Shown piece by piece: positions 41,951 through 51,160 of a stretch of 64,000 nt of DNA. This stretch comes from Candidatus Eiseniibacteriota bacterium (GTDB lineage Bacteria; Eisenbacteria; RBG-16-71-46). The first letter of the stretch is position 1; each line of letters starts with the position of its first letter. The translations under genes and the position numbers were made by a program. The notes under the pieces were generated by a model that saw nothing but the letters and a program-made list of their open reading frames with translations, was not told the DNA's origin and did no database searches. Location of the stretch: the NCBI GenBank assembly GCA_963717505.1, contig OY970342.1, forward strand, positions 3,744,001-3,808,000, given 5' to 3'.

Positions 41951-43581
41951 GAGTCGAGCTCGAGCAGGAAGTGTTCGTGGCGACCGTCGGCCAGCGCGTG
42001 GGCGTGGTCGGTGGCCAGATCTGCGAGTTCGGCGCCGACCGGGACGCCGCGGTGCGCGACCGGCTGCAGGCTCGCGATCCGGCGCTCCTGCAGCCGATCG
42101 CCGGGCAACAGCGCATAGCGCAGACGGACCCACTCGGGATGCTGGCGCTCGATCCGGTGGCGGACCTTGCCCAGCAGGCCCTCGACCAGCCGAGCGAACT
42201 GGTAGTCGATCTTGGCGCGCGCGGACTCCACCATCTGCGGCAGACTGCTTTCGACCCGGCCGGCGACCGGTGCAAAGCGATCGAGTCCGCCGCTGGCCGC
42301 GGCGCGGGCTTCCTCGAGCGCCGCACGCGCCTCGGCCGGGACCGAGCGTTCCGCGAGATCGCGCAGCACGGCGTCGGCGCCCGACACTACCTGCCAGGGA
42401 TCGGAGCCCGAGGCATCGGCGAGCTCGATCGCCGCGGGCGGCAACCAGGTCGCGGTCAGTCGCGGCACCGGTGACGCCGCGCGCACGCCGAGCCCTTCGA
42501 AAACCTCGCGCAACTGGGCCAGGTACGAGATCTCGGCAGCACCGCAGGCCATCGCGACGGTCGGGAAGACCCCGTCCTGGACCACCGGACGCAACGCGAC
42601 ACTCGGCGACAATCGATCGCCCCGACGCGCGGCCGCCCGCGCCTCCTCGACGCTCAGCTTGCGACGCGCGCCCCCGGTCACCGCGAACACGAACGACTCG
42701 AGCGCCACGGCGGGCAGAGGCCGGCGGCCCAGTCGCACTTCGAGTCGATCCCCCGCCGCGTGCGCGGCGCGCGACAACTCGGGGGCTCGCTCCAGGTAGC
42801 GCTCGAGGATCGGTCGCGCCGCGTCGCGAAACTCGGGCAGGCGTGGATCGACCACCACCAGGCCGCGCGATCCGTACAGCTCGAGCAGGATCGCACTCTG
42901 CAGCTCCGCCAGATCACGAGCCCGACTCGACGCCCGCGCCAGCAGCTCGGCCGCCGCACTCGATGCCGGCAGTCCCTCCCAGTGCCGTCCCGCGAGCTCG
43001 TGAACGCCCGCAATCGCGGCCAGCGGCAGATCGCCGACCAGGCCGTTCTCGACGTGAAAGGTCTCGGGGATGGCGAGGTCGTGAACGCCGAGCCCGCGAT
43101 CGACCACGGTGGTCCCGCGGATCTCGGCGAAGTCGGAGTCCTCGCCGTGCGTCCAGAACAGCGGAACGCACGGGACCCCGGTGCGCGACTCGACCGCCGC
43201 CGCCAGACCGATCGCCGAGGCGGTCTTGTGCAACGCGTACAGCGGACCCCCGAGCGGGGCCGGCTGCTGGCCGGCGACGACGCACACGGCGTCGCCACGC
43301 GCCATGCGGTCGAGGGCTGCGAGCGATTCGGCCGGTGCTCCCAGTCGGCGGTGCAGGTCGCGCAGGGCCTCGGCGAGTGGCGCGGGCAGGGGCCTGCGTT
43401 TGGCGGCCGCCAGGGCCGCGATTCCAGCCGCATCGGACCACAGCACGGCGAACCGTTCGCGCGCGAACTCGCCGCCGGTCACCACCTCGTGCACCAGCGG
43501 ATCGTAGAGCCGATCGAAGGGAGGCTCGGGCCGAGCCGCGATGCGCGCGCGGACCTCGAGCGACGGGGTCACCGAACGCAC
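41947..43581 (-). CDS. bshC: Bacillithiol biosynthesis cysteine-adding enzyme
   Basis: GQQ...GGPLY..HK, P.FW...EDSDFAEI, SP.V.LRPVVQD, E..Y.AQL, LQER. True start may be ATG 43622 with a frameshift. Confidence 0.88.
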   Translation of the reverse strand: MRSVTPSLEVRARIAARPEPPFDRLYDPLVHEVVTGGEFARERFAVLWSDAAGIAALAAAKRRPLPAPLAEALRDLHRRLGAPAESLAALDRMARGDAVCVVAGQQPAPLGGPLYALHKTASAIGLAAAVESRTGVPCVPLFWTHGEDSDFAEIRGTTVVDRGLGVHDLAIPETFHVENGLVGDLPLAAIAGVHELAGRHWEGLPASSAAAELLARASSRARDLAELQSAILLELYGSRGLVVVDPRLPEFRDAARPILERYLERAPELSRAAHAAGDRLEVRLGRRPLPAVALESFVFAVTGGARRKLSVEEARAAARRGDRLSPSVALRPVVQDGVFPTVAMACGAAEISYLAQLREVFEGLGVRAASPVPRLTATWLPPAAIELADASGSDPWQVVSGADAVLRDLAERSVPAEARAALEEARAAASGGLDRFAPVAGRVESSLPQMVESARAKIDYQFARLVEGLLGKVRHRIERQHPEWVRLRYALLPGDRLQERRIASLQPVAHRGVPVGAELADLATDHAHALADGRHEHFLLELDS

Positions 43582-43632
43582 GCCGTCAGGTCCAGGGCCG
43601 TCGAGGGCAGTCGATCACTCATGCGGGCGATC

Positions 43633-44250
43633 CTAGCCCGCCCGGCCGCGCGCTTCCACCTCGCGCCAGGCGTGCCACGCTTCGCGCCGGGCCGCGGCAT
43701 TGCCGCGGGCGAGGCCGGCCGCGAATGCCGCGCGCAACGCCGGAGCGGTCGCGCCCAGCCGGCGAGCACCCAACAGGTGACTGACCAGCTGGCGCCGCCA
43801 TCCGCTCGCGGCCAGCGCCGCCACGGTCACCAGCTCGCGCGTGCGCGCATCGAGACCGGGCCGCGACAGCACTCGGCCGTAGCCTTCCTCGATCATCCAT
43901 GTGGCCAGGTCCGGATGCAGCGCGCGCACCCGACTCATGAGTTTCGTGAAGGCGCCAGCGTAGACGCGTCGGCACAGGCGCATGCCGCGGATCCGGCGCT
44001 GGCTCCGCCCGATCTCGCGCGACCGGCCCACCGACCCGGGAAGCGTGTCGCGCACCAGGGCCAGCGCCTCGAGTGCGGCCGGGTAGCCGGCGTACAGCAC
44101 CAGCATCAGCCCGGTCTCCTCGACCGCGGCGCGCGGCACGCCACCGCGCTGCGCGGCGACCAGGGCACGACGCGCCCCCGGACGGTTCCCGACCGCCATC
44201 GCCGCGGCAAACCGACAAAGAGCGCGCAGGCTCGCGCTTGACGGACGCAT
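43633..44250 (-). CDS. Carboxymuconolactone decarboxylase/AhpD-like protein
   Basis: LYAGYPA, YG.VLSRPGLD.RTREL, QL.SH..GA. Confidence 0.8.
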   Translation of the reverse strand: MRPSSASLRALCRFAAAMAVGNRPGARRALVAAQRGGVPRAAVEETGLMLVLYAGYPAALEALALVRDTLPGSVGRSREIGRSQRRIRGMRLCRRVYAGAFTKLMSRVRALHPDLATWMIEEGYGRVLSRPGLDARTRELVTVAALAASGWRRQLVSHLLGARRLGATAPALRAAFAAGLARGNAAARREAWHAWREVEARGRAG

Positions 44251-44379
44251 GAGCCTCGAACAGTATCCGGCGCCCTACCCCCGTTCCAAACGATCGCGAG
44301 TGTCCCCTGGATTGATGATCACGCCCATCGCTGACCGACGCTCTCTGGCGCCCGCCGGCAACGCTTGCTCGCCGCGAAC

Positions 44380-45294
44380 ATGACTCCCTGGATCGTGTTC
44401 ACCCTGGGCGTGCTCGTGCTCATGGCGATCGATCTGTTCGTCGTCCATCGCCGGCCCCACGAAGTCTCGACCCGCGAGGCGCTGATCTCGGCCGCGGTCT
44501 GGGTCGGAATCGCCGGTATGTTCGCGCTCGGCATCGCCTACTTTCGCGGGCGCACGCCGGCGCTGGAGTTCACCACCGCCTACCTGATCGAGCTCGGCCT
44601 GAGCCTCGACAATCTCTTCGTCTTCATGCTGATCTTCCGGCACTTCCGAGTCCCGTCCCACCTCCAGCATCGCGTCCTGTTCTGGGGCATTCTGGGAGCG
44701 CTGGTCATGCGGCTGGGATTCATCGTGCTCGGCGTCGCGCTGCTCCAGACCTTCCACTGGGTGATCTACATCTTCGGCGCGATCCTGGTCTGGTCCGGGA
44801 TCCAGATGGCGCGCGGCCACGCCACCGACATTCATCCCGAACGCAATATGGCGCTGACTCTGCTGCGCCGCTACGTGCCGGTAACCCGCCGCTACGTCAA
44901 GCACCATTTCTTCCAGAAGCGCATGGGGCGCAGCTTCGCCACGCCGTTGTTCGTCGTGCTGGTGCTGGTCGAGACCACCGATCTGGTGTTCGCGGTCGAT
45001 TCGATCCCGGCCGTACTCGCGATCAGCAAGGACCCGTTCATCGTCTACAGCTCGAACGTGTTCGCGATCCTCGGCCTGCGCACGTTGTTCTTCGCGCTCG
45101 AGCGCCTGTTGCGGCTGTTCCACGGCCTGAACATCGGGCTGGCGCTGATCCTGGTGTTCGTCGGGGTCAAGATGCTGCTTTCCGAGTGGGTGCACATACC
45201 GATCGGGGTCACGCTCGGAGTCGTTTCGGGGGTGATCGCCGCGAGCATCGGCATGTCCTACCTGAGACCTCGCCCGCCACTTCCGCCGTCCTGA
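44380..45294 (+). CDS. TerC/Alx family membrane protein
   Basis: LSLDNLFVF, QHRVLFWGILGALVMR, DLVFAVDSIPA, SNVFAILGLR. Confidence 0.93.
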   Translation: MTPWIVFTLGVLVLMAIDLFVVHRRPHEVSTREALISAAVWVGIAGMFALGIAYFRGRTPALEFTTAYLIELGLSLDNLFVFMLIFRHFRVPSHLQHRVLFWGILGALVMRLGFIVLGVALLQTFHWVIYIFGAILVWSGIQMARGHATDIHPERNMALTLLRRYVPVTRRYVKHHFFQKRMGRSFATPLFVVLVLVETTDLVFAVDSIPAVLAISKDPFIVYSSNVFAILGLRTLFFALERLLRLFHGLNIGLALILVFVGVKMLLSEWVHIPIGVTLGVVSGVIAASIGMSYLRPRPPLPPS

Positions 45295-45327
45295 GCCCCT
45301 CCCCCGGGCCCGCGGCCCGGGCGACGG

Positions 45328-46959
45328 TCAGTTTTTGCGCATGCGACGCAGGAGCCCGCGCGCGAGATCCTCGACCGTGGCGAGTTCGGCGACCCGCAGG
45401 AGCTTCATCGCCGCCCAGGTGACGCCGACTCCGGCCACCCCCGCCGAAGCCACCGAGAGCACCCGGCCGCTCAGGCCGGCCATTCCAATCCAGGGCAGCA
45501 GTGCCACCGCGGCGGCAGCACCCCCGGCCAGGCTCGCCGCACTCACCCGCGCGAGCGTCGCCAGGACGCGCCGCCCGTCCAGGTCCCCGAGCTTGCGCCG
45601 CAGGCCGAAGGCGAGCTGGGCGAGGTTCACGATCGAAGTCACCGACGTGGCGAGCGCCAGGCCCAGATGCGCGAGCGGACCCATGAGTACCAGGTTGAGC
45701 GCGAGATTGGCGACGACCGCGACGAAGCTGGCGCGCACCGGAGTTCGCGTGTCGCCGAGCGCGTAGAACGTTCGGGTCAGCACGCCGACCGCGGCGAACG
45801 CCGGCAGGCCGACGCAATACATGATCAAGGCCGCGGCGGTCGCACCGGTATCCGCCGGGCCGAATCGCCCATGCTGGTACAAGAGCGCGATCACCGCGCG
45901 CGCGGCCACCGCGAGCAACACCGCCGCCGGCAGCGTCAGCAGCAGGACCAGCCGCAGAGTCGCCGACAGCGTGGCCTTGAGCGCCACCATGTCCCCGGCG
46001 ACCGCGGCGCGCGACAACGACGGCAGGCTGACCGTGCCGAGTGCCACGCCGAACACGCCGATCGGCAGCTGCATGAGCCGGAACGCGTACCAGAGCCACG
46101 ACACGCTCCCCTGCGGCAGCAGGCTCGCGAGCACGGTGCTGACGAACAGATTGACCTGGGTCGCGGCCAGTCCGAGGGTCGCGGGCACCATGGTGGTTGC
46201 GACCCGGCGCACGTCGGGATCGAAGGTCGGACGCTCCCAGCGCAGGCGGAATCCGAGCGAGAACAACGGCGCCAGCTGCCAGATCAGCTGGCCGAGCCCG
46301 CCGATCACGACACCGATCGCCATCGCGGTGATCGCCGGCCAGCCGGCCGCGACGCATACCGGGATCAGGGCGAGCCCGGCGCCGACCATGAGCGCGTTCT
46401 GCAGAGCCGGAGCCAGGGCCGGGATCAGGAATCGCCCGCGCGCGTTGAGCATGGCCATGCTCACCGCGGCCGCCGCGATCAGCGGCAGGAACGGCAGCAT
46501 GATCCGCGTCAGGGCCACCGTCAGCTCCAGCTTGCCGGGAATCGAGGCGAAGCCTGGGGCGAATACGGCGACCAGCCACGGGGCCGCGAGACCACCGGCG
46601 ATGCACAGTACGGCGAGCAGCAGAATCAGCGCTCCCAGCAGCCGGCGGCCGAACTCCAGCGCCGCCTCGGGGCCGCGGCGCTCCTGAACCTCCATGAACC
46701 GGGGGACGAAGGCCGAGGACATCGCGCCCTCGGCGAACAGATCGCGCAGCAGGTTCGGAATGCGGAACGCGACGTTGAACGCGTCGGTCGCGAGCCCGGC
46801 GCCGAACCAGGCCGCCATGACCTGCTCGCGCACCAGCCCGAGCACGCGCGAAACCATGGTGGCGCCGCCGACCATGCCGGCCGCGCGCGCGACGCGCCGC
46901 TCTTCGCCGGCCGGGCTCGCGGTGATCCGCGTTTCGGTTGGCGGCGTTTCCGGCCCCAT
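45328..46959 (-). CDS. murJ: Lipid II flippase
   Basis: SRVLGLVRE, AFRIPNLLRDLFAEGA, RLMQLPIGVFG, FYALGDTRTP. Start uncertain. Confidence 0.95.
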   Translation of the reverse strand: MGPETPPTETRITASPAGEERRVARAAGMVGGATMVSRVLGLVREQVMAAWFGAGLATDAFNVAFRIPNLLRDLFAEGAMSSAFVPRFMEVQERRGPEAALEFGRRLLGALILLLAVLCIAGGLAAPWLVAVFAPGFASIPGKLELTVALTRIMLPFLPLIAAAAVSMAMLNARGRFLIPALAPALQNALMVGAGLALIPVCVAAGWPAITAMAIGVVIGGLGQLIWQLAPLFSLGFRLRWERPTFDPDVRRVATTMVPATLGLAATQVNLFVSTVLASLLPQGSVSWLWYAFRLMQLPIGVFGVALGTVSLPSLSRAAVAGDMVALKATLSATLRLVLLLTLPAAVLLAVAARAVIALLYQHGRFGPADTGATAAALIMYCVGLPAFAAVGVLTRTFYALGDTRTPVRASFVAVVANLALNLVLMGPLAHLGLALATSVTSIVNLAQLAFGLRRKLGDLDGRRVLATLARVSAASLAGGAAAAVALLPWIGMAGLSGRVLSVASAGVAGVGVTWAAMKLLRVAELATVEDLARGLLRRMRKN

Positions 46960-46975
46960 GCTAGCGTGCGCCGCC

Positions 46976-47767
46976 ATGTCGATCGGACAGGCGGTGGTGC
47001 TGGGCATCATTCAGGGCCTGACCGAGTTCCTTCCGATCTCGAGCAGCGCGCACCTGTTCCTGGTGCCGACGCTGCTCGGCTGGCCCTACCCGGGGGTCGC
47101 ATTCGACGTCGCGCTTCACTGGGGCACCCTGATCGCGTTGCTGTTCGCGTTCTGGCGCGACTGGTGGCGGCTGGTGAGCGATCTGTTCGCGCCCGAACCC
47201 GCGACCCGCTCGGCGGCGTTTCGCACCTGGCTCATGCTCGCGGCCGCGAGCGTGCCTGCGGCGGTCGCCGGCCTGCTGTTTCGGGACGTGATCGAGACCC
47301 AGTTGCGCTGGGTCCCGCTCCAGGCGGTGATGCTCGCGGTGTTCGGGTTCCTGCTCTGGTGGGTCGACCGCGTGGCGCCGAGCCGCGACTCGGCGACCGG
47401 CGCGGGATGGGGTACTGCGATGCTGATGGGCTGTGCGCAGGCGGTGGCGCTGGTGCCGGGCGTGTCGCGCTCGGGGATCACCATCACCGCGGGGCGCGCC
47501 GCCGGCCTGCCGCGCGTCGCGGCCGCGCGCTTTTCGTTTCTGCTGGCCACCCCGATCACCTTCGGGGCCGGTCTGCTCGAGCTCGAGCACTTCCGCGACA
47601 GCGCGTCGACCGAAGTCCTCATCGTGGGCGTGGCGGTATCCGCCGTGGTCGGGATTCTCGCCATCCGTGGCCTCCTCTTCTGGCTGGGGCGCGCCGGCTT
47701 CGGCGCGTTCTTCGCCTACCGCGTCGCCCTCGCGGCTCTGGTGCTCATCGGGGCGGCGCGCTCCTGA
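46976..47767 (+). CDS. uppP: Undecaprenyl-diphosphate phosphatase
   Basis: GIIQGLTEFLPISSSAHL, PGVSRSGIT, AARFSFLL. Confidence 0.95.
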   Translation: MSIGQAVVLGIIQGLTEFLPISSSAHLFLVPTLLGWPYPGVAFDVALHWGTLIALLFAFWRDWWRLVSDLFAPEPATRSAAFRTWLMLAAASVPAAVAGLLFRDVIETQLRWVPLQAVMLAVFGFLLWWVDRVAPSRDSATGAGWGTAMLMGCAQAVALVPGVSRSGITITAGRAAGLPRVAAARFSFLLATPITFGAGLLELEHFRDSASTEVLIVGVAVSAVVGILAIRGLLFWLGRAGFGAFFAYRVALAALVLIGAARS

Positions 47768-48380
47768 CCGGACGATCCTTGCGACTCATGCGATCCGCCA
47801 GGTAGCGGTTCAACCGGTCGCGCAGCGCGATGCGCGCCCGATGGAGCCGGGACTTCACCGCCGCCACCGTCAGCTCGAGGATCTCGGCCACCTCGGCATT
47901 GGTCTTCTCCTCGAGGTCGCGCAGGACGAACACCGTGCGCAACTCCTCCGGCAGGCGCGCGATCCCTTCCTCCATGACCTGACGGGTCTCCGAATCGAGC
48001 AGATCCTGAACCGGCTGCTGGGTCCAGTCGGGAATCTGCAGGGGCTCCGATTCGCGATTCGGGCTCTGCGACTGCTCGAGCGAGACGTGTCCCTCGCGTC
48101 GCTTGCGGTATTTCATCAGGCTGGCGTTGGTCGCGACCCGGTAGAGCCAGGTCGAGAACGTGGACTCGGCCTTGAAGTTCGCGAGTCCGCGATACGCGGA
48201 GAGGAACGCGTCCTGCAGCGCTTCGGCGGCATCGTCCTCGTTGCGCAGAATCTTGTAGGACAGCCGATAGACCTTTTCCTGATAGCGACGGACCAGCTCG
48301 TCGAAGGCCCGGGTGTCGCCGCCCTGGGCCGAGCGCACCAGCTCCTCGTCCGGGGCCTCACGATAGTCGTTCGAATTCAT
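47745..48380 (-). CDS. ECF RNA polymerase sigma factor
   Basis: GD..AFDELVRRY, F.TWLYRVATN, EVAEIL..VKSRLHRAR. Confidence 0.93.
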   Translation of the reverse strand: MNSNDYREAPDEELVRSAQGGDTRAFDELVRRYQEKVYRLSYKILRNEDDAAEALQDAFLSAYRGLANFKAESTFSTWLYRVATNASLMKYRKRREGHVSLEQSQSPNRESEPLQIPDWTQQPVQDLLDSETRQVMEEGIARLPEELRTVFVLRDLEEKTNAEVAEILELTVAAVKSRLHRARIALRDRLNRYLADRMSRKDRPVRSAPPR

Positions 48381-50005
48381 GCGTGATGCGATCTCGGTTC
48401 CGGGTCTGCGGCCGCACCGGCGTTCGCGGGTACGTCCCCGCCGGCAGCATGGGCGTAGACGACGGATCCCGCAAGCACCGTCGCCACGGGGCGTGCGCGA
48501 GCCAGATCGTCCTCGCTCGCCGCGTGCAGATCGGTGTCCCAGACGACGAGATCCGCGAAGGCTCCGGGCGTGAGGGCTCCGAGATCGGGCCAGGCTCCCG
48601 AGATCCGCGCGGCACCTTCGGTGTAGGCGTGCAGCGCGGCGTCGAGGTCGATGCGCTGGGCGGGCACCCACGGGGGTCCTCCCGGTCGCCGGCGCGCGAC
48701 CGCGGCGAACAGGCCCAGCGAAGGATCGGGCGGCTCGACCGGCGCGTCCGAACCGAACGCCAGTGTCGCACCCGAACTCAACAAAGCCTGCCACGGATAG
48801 GCGTGGTCGCAACGCGCCCCCCACCCGCGTTCGGCCAACGGAATATCCGACACGCAGTGCGTCGGCTGCATACTGGCCGCGACGCCGAGCCGGGCGAAGC
48901 GCGGCAGGTCCGCGGGGTCCACCAGCTGCGCGTGCTCGATGCGCGGCGGCAGCGCCAGGGTCGCGAGTTTCGGCGCCACCGCCTCGAATGCGTCCAGGGC
49001 ATTCCGCACCGCTCGGTCGCCGATCGCGTGGATCGCGACCGACCAGCCGGCGGTGACCGCGCGGCCGACTTCGTCGCGCAGGCGCGCCGGACTCAACAGC
49101 TCCTCGCCGCGGCCCGTCGTGCCCTCGTAGGGTTCGAGCATCGCCGCCGTGCGCGACCCGAGCGTGCCATCGGCGAACAGCTTGACCGCGCCGATCCGGA
49201 ACCATGGCGTACCCAGCCCGCTCGCGAGCCCGAGACCGATGGCGTGATCGAGCTGGGCGTGCGGCAGGTGCATGAGTGTACGGACACCCGCTTCGGTCCC
49301 GGCGAGTCGGCGCAGCAAACGGTGCGCGGCCGCGCCCTCGAAGTCGTGCACCGCGGTAACGCCGAAGGCGTGGAGCGCCCGGCACGTATCGCGCAACCGC
49401 TCGAGATCCGCGCGTTCATCGGGCGCCACCAGGCCGGCCACCAACCGCATGGCGTGCTCGCGCAGCAGGCCGGTCGGCTGCCCGGCCGCGTCGCGCACGA
49501 CGGTGCCCCCCTCCGGATCCGGTGTGTCCGGACCGATCCCCGCCGCCGCGAGTGCTGCCCCGTTGACCCAGAGGTTGTGGAAGTCGCGGCTGTAGAGCAG
49601 CACGGGCCGATCCGCAACCCCCGCGTCGAGTGATGCCCGCTCCGGTGCCCCCGACCAGGAGTTGGCGTCCCAACCGCGACCGACGATCGGATCACGTCCG
49701 GGCCGCGACGACGCCGCGCGCACCACCTTCGCGACAATGGCCGCCACCGAATCCGCGGGTGACACCTCGAGCTCGGTGCGCGCACGCGCCCAGTCGAGAA
49801 GGTGGATGTGGGCGTCGCACAGCCCGGGGGTCACCGTCGCGCCGCCGGCGTCGATCACGCGGGTCGCGCGGCCGCGCAGCGCGGCCAGTTCGTGGGCCGA
49901 GCCGATCCCGGCGATGCGCTCGCCGCGAATCGCCACCGCATCGGCGCCGGACCTTCGGCGTCCCGACCACAACCGCGCTCCGGTAATCAGGAGGTCGGCG
50001 GTCAA
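48377..50005 (-). CDS. Amidohydrolase (YtcJ-like, Amidohydro_3)
   Basis: PGLCDAHIH, KLFADGTLGSRTA, IHAIGD, RIEHAQ, FGSDAP. TTG start overlaps the upstream stop. Confidence 0.9.
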   Translation of the reverse strand: MTADLLITGARLWSGRRRSGADAVAIRGERIAGIGSAHELAALRGRATRVIDAGGATVTPGLCDAHIHLLDWARARTELEVSPADSVAAIVAKVVRAASSRPGRDPIVGRGWDANSWSGAPERASLDAGVADRPVLLYSRDFHNLWVNGAALAAAGIGPDTPDPEGGTVVRDAAGQPTGLLREHAMRLVAGLVAPDERADLERLRDTCRALHAFGVTAVHDFEGAAAHRLLRRLAGTEAGVRTLMHLPHAQLDHAIGLGLASGLGTPWFRIGAVKLFADGTLGSRTAAMLEPYEGTTGRGEELLSPARLRDEVGRAVTAGWSVAIHAIGDRAVRNALDAFEAVAPKLATLALPPRIEHAQLVDPADLPRFARLGVAASMQPTHCVSDIPLAERGWGARCDHAYPWQALLSSGATLAFGSDAPVEPPDPSLGLFAAVARRRPGGPPWVPAQRIDLDAALHAYTEGAARISGAWPDLGALTPGAFADLVVWDTDLHAASEDDLARARPVATVLAGSVVYAHAAGGDVPANAGAAADPEPRSHHA

Positions 50006-50793
50006 CGACCGTCCGCGACGACGTTCTCGAGCACGCCGACGCCCTCGACCTCGACTTCGATGCGGTCGCCGACCTCGACCGGAGCGACCCCGGCCGGGGT
50101 GCCGGTCGCGATCACGTCTCCCGGTTCGAGCGTCATGATTCGCGAGATGTGTCGGATCAGGAACGGCACCGGAAACAGGAGATCCCGAGTGTTCCCTTCC
50201 TGGCGCAACGCGCCGTTCACCCGGCACCGGACGGTCAGCGAAGCGGGGTCGAGCCCGACGGCGATCCAGGGACCGATCGGCGCGAAGGTGTCGAAGCCCT
50301 TGGCTCGCGCCCACTGGTTGTCCGAGCGCTGATAGTTGCGTGCGCTGACGTCGTTGAAGCAGGTGAGTCCGGCGACGTGCTGCATGGCGTCGCGCTCGTC
50401 GACGCGGCAGGCCCGGCGTCCGATGACCACCGCCAATTCGCCTTCGGGATCGAGCCGGGTCACGCCCTCGGGGTAGCGGATCGCCTCGCCGTGCGCGAGG
50501 ACGGCGCTGGGCGGCTTGAGAAACAGGAGTGGTTCGGTAGGCGTTTCCGCGCCAGCGACCCGTGTCACACTTTCGGCAGCGTGCGCCTGGTAGTTGAGTC
50601 CGACGCAGACGATCTTGGTCGGCTGGACCGGTGCCAACAAGGTTGCGTTCGCAATTGCATCGCGCCGACCACTCGGCTCGAGCGACTGCCAGGGCGGCCC
50701 CGCGAGCCGGAGCAGTTCATCCCCTTCGACTCTGCCGTAGGCGATCGTACCGTCCGGGAGGCGATAGCGCGCGATTCGAACGACGTCGATCAC
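50002..50793 (-). CDS. Fumarylacetoacetate hydrolase family protein
   Basis: KIVCVGLNY, FLKPPS, EGELAVVIG, NDVSAR, AKGFDTF, TGTPAG. Confidence 0.93.
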   Translation of the reverse strand: MIDVVRIARYRLPDGTIAYGRVEGDELLRLAGPPWQSLEPSGRRDAIANATLLAPVQPTKIVCVGLNYQAHAAESVTRVAGAETPTEPLLFLKPPSAVLAHGEAIRYPEGVTRLDPEGELAVVIGRRACRVDERDAMQHVAGLTCFNDVSARNYQRSDNQWARAKGFDTFAPIGPWIAVGLDPASLTVRCRVNGALRQEGNTRDLLFPVPFLIRHISRIMTLEPGDVIATGTPAGVAPVEVGDRIEVEVEGVGVLENVVADGR

Positions 50794-50837
50794 GATCGCG
50801 CACCGGTTCGTGCGCGGGCGGGCGAGCGGCGGCCCGG

Positions 50838-50978
50838 ATGGACACAAAGGGTGGAGGAGGTTCTCCGTCGTTGGTCGTCGGCTCCCGGTACCCTGCGCGA
50901 CGGCACGTCCCGCTTCGCGTAACCAAAGTACTGGACGAAGTCGGCTAGCCGGACAGGAAACCTCGCTCCACGCGCCAT
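50838..50978. ncRNA. Candidate structured RNA (long imperfect rod)
   Basis: Nested complementary blocks across about 140 nt of intergenic DNA; no recognised family motif. Confidence 0.35.
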
Positions 50979-51160
50979 GTTTTTCCCTTTCCCCGAACCG
51001 GGTCAAGTCAAAACTTCACCTTCGGGGCACAAACTTCGCCCCATCCGACTCGCGCCCGATCCTCTCACGACTGCTTTTCCGGCGCAGGGACACGCACGTC
51101 GGTCGGTTCCGAATGTCCTTTGACCCGCGCGCGCGCGCTTTGCTAGCGTGTCCGGTCCCA

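Noticed and set aside
40116-42326. 736-aa ORF spanning bshB1/bshA as a fusion
   Set aside because: It is an off-frame read-through; only its short MKRARK segment is plausibly the bshA N-terminus before a frameshift.
44251-44379. yybP-ykoY manganese riboswitch upstream of the TerC gene
   Set aside because: Expected from the family, but I could not find the conserved motif, and the region is short and shared with a divergent promoter.
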